DNA from: Octopus sinensis
Lineage: Eukaryota
NCBI RefSeq assembly: GCF_006345805.1
Contig: NW_021832126.1
Coordinates: forward strand, 124,001 to 188,000
Direction of reading: 5' to 3'
DNA length: 64,000 nucleotides
Shown here: in pieces, positions 49,253 to 62,030 of the stretch
Layout of the letters: each line of letters starts with the position of its first letter
Numbering within the stretch: position 1 is the stretch's first letter
The notes under the pieces: generated by a model
The model's database searches: none
What the model was told of the DNA's origin: nothing
Seen by the model: the letters and a program-made list of their open reading frames with translations, nothing else
Position numbers and translations under genes: made by a program

Positions 49253-52200
49253 CAGTAAACATCCACGGAAAATCTTATGCATTTGTCCACGGAAAATCTT
49301 ATGCAATTAACCGATATACGCAATTAACCGATGTTTTAATAAAAATCAATAATTTTTTTAATAGTCAAGGAAAGAAAATAATCAAAAACGTTTAAAAAAT
49401 CATTAATTTTGGACTGTCTAGTCTTCTGGCAAAGGCGTAGGACGCTTTTTTCTAGTTCATAGAAGTTGTCCATATCCATTTCACTTGTTAAATCGCTGTT
49501 AGTAAGAAACTGGCGTATTAATCTGCATGCACCCATAGCTTCCGAACTGGTTGTTTTCACGGGTATGGGATCTTCATCGCCTTCACAAGAAATATCTCTT
49601 GACATTAAACATATTTCTTCATCGGACATGATTCCGATACATTCTTCATCCTCATTAGCAACATCCATCGTTATTTCGTCATATTCAATGTCACTAAACA
49701 TATTTTCCCCCACTTCCTCATGGAATCCAGCCTTACGGAAACAGTTGTAAATTGTTGCTATTTTGACTTCCCTCCAAGCCATTTTGAGCATGTGTAGCGC
49801 ATCCAAAAGAGTGATAGAATTCACAACGGATTTGAGACAGGCATCGTCTGAATCAATTACGGCAATCACTCTTTGTAAAAATGCCAATCTGTAGTTGTGC
49901 TTTAGACTTTTTATGATCCCCATATCACATGGCTGAATGCATGCGGATGTGTTTGGTGGAATAAAATACAATTTAACATTTGATAGATTTTCTCCAACAT
50001 CTTTTGGATGCGCAGCACAATTGTCAAGGACCATGGCTATATTTCTTTTTTGTATTTTCATTTTTTTGTTAACACATGATAACCAGTTTTTAAAAATGGT
50101 GATGTCATCCATGCATTCTATAATTCTACTGAAATTGATATGCTACCTTATTGACAACGTAGTTAACTGGAAGTGTTTTGATTCCTTTGAAGCACCTAGG
50201 ATTCTTTCTTTTCCCAATGACCATCAATGGGTGTTTGTTCGAACCCGTCATGTTGCAGGATACCATTACAGTTATTCTATCCTTCATTTTTTTACTTCCA
50301 ATCGATAGTGTCCGGTCGGGTAAACCTCGGAATATGAGTCCTGTTTCATCACAATTATAAATGTTTTCTGGTGTATAATTTTTAAAAGATCTTTTAATGT
50401 CCATTGGCACCAGTATTCAGCAGCATTATATCGGAATCTTTTTCTCCCCATAAATGCGTTGTTTCTTTCTTTCCAACGCTGAAGCCAACCTGAAGTAGGA
50501 ATAAAGTCATCCATTTTCATTGTTTTAGCAAAGCTAGTAGCTTTGTGGATTAGTATGTTACCATTTATTGGTACATTTTTGGTCCTGGTTTGAGCAAACC
50601 AAACGGACAATGCACGTTCTTTTCTTTCCCATCGCGTCGTCTTTTTCGACTCAAATTGGTGAAATTAGATTCAGCCAATAGCATAATTTCTTCTCTATTC
50701 TTCAAAATCCGTGAGACTGAGAACAGTTGAATCTTGCAGATAGAGCTGATTGAGTTTGACCTCCTTGAATAAACAAATTGATTATTTCCAATTTTTGAGA
50801 AAGTGTAAGATCACGACGTAACGAAGATGACATGTGTAATAATAATTAAATTTTACAATTACAAATTATAATTATGCAATTATGCGAAAATTTTTATAAG
50901 AAAAATAGTAAATGTTCCCAATGAGAGTATGCAATTAACCGATTTATGCAATTAACCCAGGGGTGGCCAACCGGTCGATCGCGACTGGTCGATCGCGGCA
51001 TGTTTCGTGGTCGATCGCTCGATATATAAATTGCTAATTATTTTTTTTGTATTTAAATTATTATAAAAAAAATATTTATCAATATTAAAGTAAGTATTTT
51101 TCACGTGTCTTGTTATGAGGTGTAACAAAAAGTCCAAATCATATAATTTTAATGCCAAATGGGAAAAAGACTATATTTTTACGATGCACATGGAAAAATG
51201 CACATGTATGCTATGCAATAAAATCATTTCATTACCAAAAAGGGGAAATCTTTGTCGGCATTTTAATTCTTTACATCCCGAGTTCAACAAACACTTTCCT
51301 TTAAATTCCTTATTACGGGAAGAGAAAGTTGAACAATTAAAAAAATCTTTTTTCACAACATACAATTTTGAAAAAGTTTATTAATTCGTCCAGATCTGCA
51401 ACAATTGCATCATTGCGAGTGACTCGTCTCCTCGTAAAACACAAAAAACCTTTCACTGATGGGGAAATTTTAAAATCTTGTTTTTTGGAAGCTGCCGATT
51501 CACTATTTGATGGTATGAAAAATAAACAGGAAATTTCAAATTGCATCAAAGAGCTTCAGCTCTCAAAACAGTCAATTGTCAGAAGGGCTGAAAGCATTTC
51601 TGAAAATCTTCTTTCGCAGTTAAAAAGTATCTTTACGCATGTTCGTGTTTTTCTCTACAGTTTGACGAATCAAACGATGCTATTGATATCGCCCAACTAT
51701 GTGTATTTTCCCGTTTAATCTTCCATGATCTAACTGTCAAGGAAGAGTTATTTGCTATTATACCTATGAAAGAAAGAACAACTGGTGAAAATATTTATAA
51801 TTCTTTCAAAACGTTTTTGTTATCATTCGAATTATTACCGTTAATGAAGAAACTTGTATTCATAACAACAGATGGAGCCCCTGCAATGATTGGGAATCAA
51901 AATGGATTTATTGCATTTTGTCGGAAAGATGAACATTTTCCGAAATTTTTATCATATCATTGCATCATTCACCAACATGCATTATGTGGGAAAATGTTAA
52001 ATTTCAACTATGTTATGGAGACAACAGTTAAAATTATTAATTCCATCCGAGCCAAGCCCCTACAAAGAAGATTATTTCGACCTTTTTTACAACAAGTCGA
52101 TGCAATCTATGGCGATCTACCTTTACATTGTGACATAAGATGGTTAAGCAAGGGATTAATTCTCAGTCGTTTCAGAGAATTATTATCATACATTAAAGAA

Positions 52201-52690
52201 TTTTCTAAAGAATTTAGCAAGATTTTTGACGTTGATCGAAGAAAAAGTCAAATAGAAATTATAAATCTAAAAAATGACATCACTTTAAAATTACATTCAA
52301 ATGTCAACATGTGGAAATTTATGTCTCAGGAAAAATATCCAATTTTGATTGATTCGTATCAACGAATTCTTTCATGCTTTGGAAGCACATATTTATCCGA
52401 AACATCATTTTCAAGTATGAAAATGATAAAATCTCAATACAGGACACATTTAACGGATGACCATCTTGGGGATTGCATGAGAATAGCAATAAGCTTATAC
52501 GAGCCAGAATTTGAAATAATCGCAAGTGAATTACAATGCCAAAAATCGCATTAATTTTTATTTGTAAAATAAAATTTTTGATATTAAAATATATAAGTCG
52601 ATCTCCAAAAAATCGCAAAATGAAAAGTAGCTCGCCGGTGAAAAAGGTTGGCCACCCCTGAATTAACCGATATGCAATTAGCCGATATAT
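49253..52690 (-). mobile_element. Second pogo/Tigger element with a hAT inserted in its terminal repeats
   Basis: TA|CAGTAAAC end and TGCAATTAACCGAT subterminal repeats. YNCDETGL, VLDNCAAH, IQPCDMG. 29-nt intron at 50118-50146. The other terminus is not found. Confidence 0.8.
50958..52660 (+). mobile_element. SPIN-like hAT transposon, frameshifted and deleted
   Basis: TIR CAGGGGTGGCCAACC / GGTTGGCCACCCCTG. TSD AATTAACC. TTDGAPAM, HCIIHQ, FGSTYLSETSFS. Confidence 0.95.
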
Positions 52691-53439
52691 GTAATGAATA
52701 TATACGTAAGAGTATGTTTGTTGCTTCTTAAACGTTTATCTCTTTTAAAATTAAATTAATTTGTGATTAGTATTTTTATATTTTTAGTATATTAATATTT
52801 AATTTCTTAGAAGTAATTATTTTAGATAAAATTAATGGAGGAGATTACAATTGAAAAGTTTGTCGAGACACAGATAAAACTTGTACAGTTCGAGAAAATA
52901 GCAGAATTAGAGTTGAAAAAGCAATTAAATAAGACTAACATTTAGACGGGATAACATTTCTAATGTCAATGAACAGTGCATTGAGAATGTGTACTTCTTA
53001 AACAAAACTAGAGCTATTACCGATCGAGTAATACTTCAATTTTCGACAAAAAAGTCCTACCAAAAAATTTGTGATATAAACTTAAAAAAGGGTTTAATTT
53101 TGACATTAAAACATAGGCGATCCATTTCATGTATTTTTATCAACTGAGGCCAAAATTGTTAAAATTGCAGAAACAGTATTTTGGGGTATTGGAAAATCTA
53201 ATTCAATTTTTTTGGGTCTATTGGATCTATTTTTGCATGAAAAAATCTGCGTCAAACAACCATATAAACTAATCAAAATTCCAAATTATAAAGTTTATGA
53301 GCTAATGGAAAAGTTTCACATTAAAGTAATAAATTAGCGCTTTGGAAGAATTACTTGAATCATCTTGTATATTTGCAAAAATGTTTTTTCCTACTCCAAA
53401 GGAAGAAACACAAATAAATCCAAAATCCACAATTAATTC

Positions 53440-53925
53440 AGTGCATCCCGCGTCACGCCGCTCTCAACGACCTTATCAGGAGAGCCCTGGAAGTCGCCGG
53501 AATCCCCTCCCTGCTTAAACCCACTGGGATCGATCGGGGGGACGGAAAAAGGCCTGACGGGATAACTGTGTTTCCTTTCAACAGGGGGAAGCCTCTCACC
53601 TGGGATGCCACGTGTGTGGACTCTTTCTTGCCTCAGAACCTGCTGATGTTGGCCTCCGCTCCTGGATCTATTGTCACAACCGCGGAATGCAAAAAGATGC
53701 GGAAGTACTCCTCACTTATGGAGAAGTTCCAATTCCTTCCATTCGCGGTTGAGACTTCCGGTTCCTTGGGCAGTAAGGCAATCAGCTTCGTTCAGGAGAT
53801 CGGGTCCCGCATGTCTGCCATCACAGGCGACGCCCGCGAACCGAGATGGTTTTTCGAGCGGATATCCCTTGCGATAGTACGCTCTAACTCTTTCTCGATC
53901 GCGTCGGCTTCCCGCCCTTGAAGCT
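53440..53925 (+). mobile_element. 5'-truncated CRE (family C) in an IGHMBP2 intron
   Basis: RHAALNDLI..RPDG..TWDATC..ERISLAIVRSN..ASRP*. Confidence 0.88.
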
Positions 53926-54417
53926 TTTAATTAATTAACTTGTAGTTATTGGCTGGTTTGTACATAAAAAAATTCAAAACTTCATTTTTTAATAAAAATC
54001 TAAATATTGGTCAAAAAGAGGCGGTGGACTGTGTGGTCTCTCAGTCCAATCTTAATATAATCCAAGGACCACCGGGGACCGGAAAGTCAAGTGTAATACT
54101 TGAAATAATTCAACAATCATTAAAAGACAAAAATAGCCGAGTTTTCTAGTTTTTGATAATATTTTAGATTATCGTAACTGCACCTTCTAATATTGTTCAG
54201 TGCCCTTAAAATGCCCGAAATATCATTTGTTAGAATTGGAAATGAAACAAAAATGTTAAGGAATTAATTCGTAAAAATTAATAATGGACGCATTTTTGAC
54301 AAAAATGTTAAAAGTCGGACGTATAAATTCTGATGCTTCCCGACTATAAGAAAATGACTGTTATCCTGAATTAAAAAAAATTGAAACTTTATTGAATAAA
54401 CCTCAAGTTCTCTTATA

Positions 54418-56455
54418 CAGTAAACCAAAATAAAAAACGAACACTACATTTTTCCTAAAATATCCAAGAAACGAATCAAAAAAAATATCTAAATAGAATT
54501 TTAACAATATATAAACAATAACTAATATTTTTATTTCTGCAAAAAAAAATATTTACCGCCTTTTTACGGCAAAAGTATAATCTGAATTAAAATAAAAAAA
54601 GAACAAAATTTTATTTTATTTACTATGGCCACCACGTGTCGCAATTACAGACAATATTCGTTCACTCATAGTTCCTACCAATGATTTTGCATAATCCACT
54701 CCTATCTCATTCCAAATTTTTTGTAATTCTTCAAAAAGTTCCTCTTTTTTGGAATACGATTTCCCCCTTATTTTTGCCTTCATATAACTCCATACGTGTT
54801 CAATGGGGTTAAGATCCGGGCTTTGCGCTGGCCAAGGTAGCAATTCGATATTATTAGTCTCAAAGAATATTTTGGGTATTTGGTTTTGGTCACATGTGTG
54901 TTTTGGGTCGTTGTCCTGTTGAAAAATTGGATCAATAATCCTAATTTTTCCAGAAATGGCAACAATTGTTTGCGGTACATATGTAGTAGTTGGCGCCACT
55001 TTTTAGCGAATTTTAAAAAACTATTTTTTAGTTAAAAAAAATATATAATTAAAAATAATACAATATAAAAATAATAAAATGCCACGCTACTTTAATTTAA
55101 ATGAGAAGTGAGGTCAATCTATCAATCTACCACAAATATGTCAGAAGCTATCAATTTCATGCAATCCAGAGGAATCATCCCAAAAAAAAGTGTGTCGCAA
55201 CGGACACCAAATGACTTTAAACATTGGCAGCTCTCCGGCTTGGAATTGCTACAGAGGGGCTGTCGAAGTAATCGAGTCTAAAAACTGGTATTTATATCAT
55301 TAAAACTCAACAGGAACGTGGTTAGCAGGAACCCAAGTACCATTCGAAGATATAATCCGGTTTGTTACCTGTGGGCAAAAAATATATCTTCTATGGAGAT
55401 ATGCATGGAAAATCTTGGTTGGGCTTCACATACAACCGTGGACTGGTCAATGTACATGCGTGAAATTTGCATGCTATCATTGACATCTCGTCAGAGATCC
55501 AAATAGGTGTGCGTAAATTATAATATAATAGGCGGTGAAGGAATGATTGTGGAAATTGACGAAAGTCATTTTTCAAAAAGGAAATACACAGAGGCAGAAT
55601 GTTGCCTGAGCAATGGGTTTTCGGCGGAATCTGCAGAGAAACGAACCAAGCTTCTTAGAAGCAATACCTGACAGAACAATGAAGACCCTTACGAAGGCTA
55701 TTCTTGAGAATGTAGAAGAAGGCACCATTCTCATTTCAGACTGCTGGAAGGGTTATTCAACAAAAGATCTTCAGGATGCAGGATATCAGCACCTGCAAGT
55801 GAATCACAGATATTGTGTTTGTTGATCCAACTACGGGTGCACACACCCAACATATTAGTGTATTTTGATTGTTTCAGGTGTTACATTTTTCCCAGTTTCT
55901 TCTTTCAGTGCCTTCGCATATTTTATGCAATTAAAATTTGGATCTTCAATCCTTGCCTTATTGATTTTTTAAAAATCTTCTTCATTTAGGAGCTGGGGAC
56001 GACCAGAACCATATTTTTTTGTGCATGGAATATTTTGTTTATATTTTCGAATTGTTTTCGATATGGTATCAAGTGATCTTTTACACCATCTTTTAGTTAT
56101 ACGTTGTATTTCGCGATACGTCTTTCCGCATTTGTAAATACCGATAATTGTTCCCTTTTCTTCAAAACTCAATTGTCTGGCCATAATAAGTTATTATAGC
56201 GTACAAAATATTAATAATTTTTTTAAAAAAATCATATATTTAATAACATTTACAAATAAAAAATTTTGTTCGTTTTTTATTTTGGTTCAGATTATACTTT
56301 TGCCGTAAAAAGGCGGTAAATATATTTTTTTTGCAAAAATAAAAATATTAGTTATTGTTTATATATTGTTAAAATTCTATTTAGATATTTTTTTTGATTC
56401 GTTTCTTGGAAATTTTAGGAAAAATGTAGTGTTCGTTTTTTATTTTGGTTTACTG
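54418..56455 (-). mobile_element. Tc1 transposon with ~215-bp TIRs; centre replaced by a Merlin fragment
   Basis: TA|CAGTAAACCAAAAT..ATTTTGGTTTACTG|TA. HTH with GSGRP, FQQDNDPKHT, WPAQSPDLNPIEHVW. Confidence 0.92.
54974..55860 (+). mobile_element. Merlin (ISXO2/IS1595-like) transposon fragment
   Basis: IVEIDESHFSKRK, WVFGGICRET, SDCWKGY, VNH..VDPTTGAHTQ. GG-starting left end and no right end. Confidence 0.85.
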
Positions 56456-59400
56456 TATTAAAAAATATAGCAGATCATCAAAGATCAGAAAAGGACTGAT
56501 AAATTACTAAAAAACTACATGGAAATCAAAAATAGAGAAATTAAAAAAAATTTTCCTTTCTTCTCATGTAGTCTTTGCTACATTGACAGGAGTGGAAAGG
56601 TTAAAAAAGATTATTTTCCGAAAAAACGAAAAGCCTACATATAAATTTGATTTGTTCATAATCGACGAATGCAGCCAAGTTGTTTTATTTGAAAAAAGTA
56701 GGCATCGGAAGCCATATGTTGGTTGGGACTTCCTTTGACAAACAAATGTGTAATGGCTGGAGATTGTAATCAATTGCCGCCAACAGTGCTTTCCCTAAAG
56801 TAATAATAAATATATTTTTGTAGAGCAGAAATGGAGGGTTTTTTATATCCCGAGTGTGTAAAAATGTTGACTATTCAGTACCGAATGCATTTAAAAATAA
56901 TGTCTTTTCCTTCTACCGAATTCTACGAGGATAAACTAATTCCAGACATATCTGTTGAATCTCATCTTCTTACGTATAAAAAGACATTTTTATGAGTTTT
57001 CAGTGACGTTAAAGGGGTCAGACGTACTCTGATCACCTCAGCTGCCCTCGTTGTGATTGACACTGCCGATTTTTCATTTTATGAGGAAAAAATAAATCGT
57101 GCATCAAAATTTAATCCTGGTTTTTATTTTTTAAATATTTTTACAGGCTTGGTTGATATTGTGGTAGAATCTGTCCACAGACTGCTCAATGCAGGGGTTA
57201 AACAGAACGATATAGAAGTTATCACTTTCTACTCTGTACAAGTTGAAGAAATTGTCAAAAATTTGTCAAAATTCAAAAAACTCAAAGTAAACAGCGTCGA
57301 TTCTTTCCAAGGACGGGAAAAGGAAGCCATAATTCTTTCATTTGTCAGGTCCAATACTCGTGGTTATATATATAATATATTTTCTAGATATAGTTGGTTT
57401 TTTGTCAGATTTTAGAAGAATTAATGTGGCACTAACCAGAGCACGACGACTTTTGATTCTTGTTATAGACACCAATACATTTTCCCGCCAACATTGTTAC
57501 AAATTTTTACCAAAAATGGTTGAATATATTTCAAATTTTGCTGACGTTCGACTAAGTCCATTAGATTTTTTTGAAATGGGTTATAGAATTTGATCCTTGT
57601 TCACCTTGGTCAGTCTATTCAACACTCCACGAAGAAATTCGTTCGTTGGCCATCTCGGTGGCCTGTAAAAGAGGAGAATACATATTTGATGTATATCCGT
57701 CCAGATATGACAGATTAATAATCTCCAATGTTTCAAATTATGTTAAATTTTAATAGATTGTTAAGGAGTTTGGATATCTTACACTTAAAGATGAAACTAT
57801 TGGGTTTGATAAACCAACGCTCAAAATAATTACAAAGTCAGAATTTAAAATCACAAATAATGATTTAAAACATGACGAAAATTGCGAGGAACTTGGCCAA
57901 AGCTTATTAACATTAAGTTTTTGAATTGAAAAAATCTTTTTTTGGTTTTTTAAAGTCACTTGAATTTTTTAAAAAAATTCGCTATGATCGCTTGGTGTGC
58001 ATGTATCAGTTCCTAATGAAGGAAAATGACGTAGTGAGTTTATTTTTGTGACTTCAAGAGGGCTCTTGACATACTGAAACTATCCTCCTTGTATTAGTCT
58101 TCTCATTTGATGTGCAAATCGAGGTGCAGTGTTGGTTGATTGCAGGGATTTTTGTTTATGTCTTTTCTGACAGATTAGCTTTTTTGTTCGGATCAGAACC
58201 CCTGAATTAAACGAGCAAAAATGCAATAATTGAAAAGAGCTTATTTAAGTACAGGAGTGAATATTAGTAGTTAAAGAAAAAATTTCATATTTGTTTCATT
58301 TCTTGCTATCTCAGCACATCACGTCGTCCATATCATTTGAGAGACATCGTTGCATACCTGAATAAATAATATTCATGCTTGTTGCTCCCACAGTGGACAC
58401 GGTGATTGTTCCGGAAAACATTTGTCACTCATAATTATTACTAGGCTATGAAATAGATATGGATATATACTCTAGTATTAGCTAAGTATTTTTGCCTCCA
58501 AGTATTCTAAGCTATACATCGACATGAATACGACATGATATACAAATTCGAGAGCACATTATACGTCGAGAACACTTGAAACTCGAACACTCAAAAATGG
58601 GGTTTTATAAAACAGAGATTTTTAAGCATTTAAAAAATAATTATTTTATCCCCAGTTTTCCTTATATTTCGTATTTTTTTATAAAATAAAGCCAACAAAT
58701 GTAAAATCGTAAAATTCTTTTAGTACTTTAAAATATTAAGTTATGATTTTTTAGATAAGAAAGTCGATTTATTGCAAATCAAATTTTTGTTTTCGGGCAA
58801 TGTATTTCAAAATATGATCATTTCTTGCAGTAGAGCATAAGATTTTAATCCGTTTTTACAGTTCCTTGTTCAAGAAAGATTGCAATTGAAAGATTGCAAA
58901 AGATTGCAATATCATACCTTTAATGGTATTGTATTTTTTTAATTATTGGTATTTGAGATAATTTGTTTCTTTAATATCAATTTGACAATTATTAATTTTG
59001 TTTCGTAATTGATAACCATCACAAAAAAGTTTAAATAAATTCTATAATTATTGTCGACAAACAAAACAACTCTGAAGTGATTGTCCATAGGTTAAAAATT
59101 GTTAGAAATATATTACTTTACGCTCTAAAATCTCTCAATTCGGATCTCCCAACCTAAATAAAACAATTAATATTATTTTTTTCTAATTAAGATTTTTTGA
59201 TGGATTTTTAAAATTTCCATAAAAAAGTTTGTGTGTCCCCAAAAACTTGAAGATGTTCTAAATAGGAGGTCGGACTATCCCAGGATTAAATAATCTTAGA
59301 AAATTTATCAAAGAAAATACATTTTTATACAACCTGCACATGATATTACAAATTTTCATTAAGAAAATTCAAATAAAATTAAACCAATTTTTTACGCTTG

Positions 59401-59832
59401 ATTTTTTGCGCATTTCGAAATTTTTCGCCAAACGGCACTTAGACCGTTCAAAAACACAGAAAATATTTGCTTAGTCGAAAGCGATCCTGAATTATAATTT
59501 TTTAATGAATAAAATCTGTTATAAGACGTATTCCTTCATTTCCCGAAAAACTTGGCTCTTCTGAGAATACAACAATAATCTAAAAATACATTTCAATCAC
59601 TAAAGATACACTGTTTTCTGTAAAATGACCTTCTTCATTTTAAATCCCGCATTGGCGTCCTGATCCTGCAGTAGGTTGCTTTTTGACTGGAGGGTGTTCC
59701 AATTGTGATTTCTCACAGTCCTGTTATGTATAAATTTTTTAATATCCCCTCCATTAACATTAATATGATTGATAAATTTCCAAAAATTAATTTCCAGCAA
59801 AATCACTATTTTATAAACACAGTTTGACGAAA

Positions 59833-60297
59833 ATCATCTGTCGATCTCTTCGAACTGCTGGATTCCACACACAATTGGAACCTATAGGGATTTTCGTAGT
59901 GGACGGCAGAAGACCCGATGGGATGACCACATTTCCATTTCAGAGGGGAAAGTGTCTGGTTTGGGACGTCACCGTGTGTGAACTCCTTTTCCAATCAGAA
60001 TATCAAATTATGCATCGAGAATCCTGGAGTCCCGTCTGAACGGGCTGAGAAGAGAAAAGCTGAGAAATACACTGGAATTGGGAATGGCAGAGTGTTTGTC
60101 CCCCTGGCTGTTGAGACGTCAGGAATACAGGGGCCTTCTACTCGGACCCTACTCCAGCGCATTGCCTCATTAATCGAAAGGGTTACCGGCGACCCGTGTG
60201 AGCACCGGTATTTAATCGAACAAATATCTATAGCCATAGTCAGAGGCAATACTCTGGCTATCTGCCAATGACGATTTTTCTCTTGACCTAATTTGAT
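59833..60297 (+). mobile_element. 5'-truncated CRE family A copy
   Basis: Near-identical to 10867-11230 and 20250-20627. Shares the 3'UTR GACGATTTTTCT.TTGACCTAATTTGA with the 20627 copy. Confidence 0.92.
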
Positions 60298-61162
60298 TAT
60301 AAAATTATGAGGGACTTGGCCAAACTTTAATAAAATTAATTTTTTTAATTAAAAACTGATTTTTTTAGTTTTTTAAAGTTAATTGCATCCTAATTTCAAA
60401 ATCTAAAAAAGTTGGAATTCTTTTGTTCTTTTTTTGTAGTTAGTTATATAGCCTTCAAATATGGACATATCCTGGACATTTTTCCTTACAAGTTGTATTT
60501 CTGTCGCATTTCTCGATTTTGGTGAAAATTCTCATTTTGAAGTACATTGATTTAGTTGTAATTATAGGTGCTATTACTTTAAATGTATTTTAATAGTATT
60601 GTTGTAAATTACAAGTAATGGTGACCACATATATACTTCAAAGTACCACTTTCTCAGCTCAATCGTTAAAAATATTTGTTCTGACCTCAAATATCGTTGT
60701 ATTAACTTATTTTTGTTAGTAAATCTGTCATCTACTGTTGTTGATTTGTTATATGGAACGTGGAATGACTTCTTGTATTTGTTATTCAACTGATTTCACA
60801 TTCTCTTGGACTATAGTAAGTTTTCAGGACTTATGAATAACATATTTCTTGATCTGATATCAATTTTTATTATGTTTGAGGCAGTTGAGAGAGCACTTTA
60901 CCCAGAAATGATAAAAATTGGCGGTCTTTTGTGTAAATTAGGTGATTTGGGTAGTCTCGGATGAGAAAATTTGGTAAACTTAGTGGGGGGATTTTTTATA
61001 TTGGGAGGTCATAATCTTCACGTGTGCCACCCAATATAAAGGTTAAACGATAACCGATCCAAATTTATTTATTTATAATATATTTTTTCAATATTATAGG
61101 TAATACAAACAAATTATTTATTAAATTAAAAATATTAATAATTTTAAAAAAACAATAATAAA

Positions 61163-62030
61163 ATGCATCCTTGCACGTTTAAATCATGTGACAAGTCATT
61201 TACTCGTCCATACAAATTAGAAGCACACATTCGAACACATTTAGACGAAGTAATGACTAATTATAACAAAAATATTAATAGAGACCATATATCTGCAATA
61301 TTGACTGGTGTAACAAAGCATATACACGCAAACAACATTTATTAAGACATCAATCCATCAGTCATCCCACCAAACCACAAGAAATAACAAAATTAAAGTT
61401 TATTAGCATTTTTAAAATTTAAAGTTGTCCATTCGAGGATTGTAGTGCCACTTTTGTGTCTGAACAAACCTTATCTCGACACAAAAATAGATTTCATTCA
61501 AATTTGAGCTTGAAATGTAACTTCAATCAATGTGATGCCACATTTTCAAATAAAAGACAACTTTTTTGTCACACCAGGAAACATGTGAGGGATAATATTT
61601 ACCAGGAACAATTTTGTGTCCACAAACGTCAACATAAACAGAAGGGTATATTCAAATACTATTTGTATTTTAAATTTTAAGTCGAATTTTAATATATTAA
61701 ATTAATAATGTTTTTAACAGAATTTATTTGTGGTCATTGTGGTACGTCTTTTTCATCAAAACGATCATTACACTCACACAATCAAAATATGTCTTTATTG
61801 TGCAATACGAATAAAAACTAAAAGTTTTTACTTGCGAATTTCCCCTCTGCTTAAAAAAATACACAACAAAGTCCAATCTTCAAAGCCATATAAATCGAAT
61901 ACATAAAGGGGTCACTTTTCCTTGTAAATTTGGAGATGGGTGCTCTTTGACTTTTTCTTCTAAAGTAGAATTTATTCTACTAATATGATAGCAAAAAATG
62001 AATGAACATTATAAAAATGTACATAAATAA
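61163..62030 (+). CDS. Multi-C2H2 zinc-finger protein, TFIIIA-like, possibly damaged
   Basis: About 8 fingers with long C-x4-C spacing (CTFKSC, CNIDWC, CPFEDC, CEFPLC..TTKSNLQSHI). One finger lacks its Cys half. Confidence 0.6.

Larger units (their letters stand above)
52833..57593 (+). pseudogene. IGHMBP2: IGHMBP2/SMUBP-2 SF1 helicase, TE-interrupted and probably inactive
   Basis: IEKFVETQIKLVQFEK, QKEAV..IQGPPGTGKS, APSN, IIDECSQ, AGDCNQLPP, LTIQYRM, SVDSFQGREKE and RRINVALTRAR. Frameshifts, a stop and three insertions. Confidence 0.8.

Noticed and set aside
57630-59800. Possible genes in AT-rich short ORFs (also 62100-63880 and 39700-40480)
   Set aside because: Only isolated intron-like motifs, with no supportable product.
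10860-60300. Site-specific CRE insertion into SL-RNA or other repeated genes
   Set aside because: 3' flanks of the CRE copies share no evident target, and no SL or snRNA gene was recognised.
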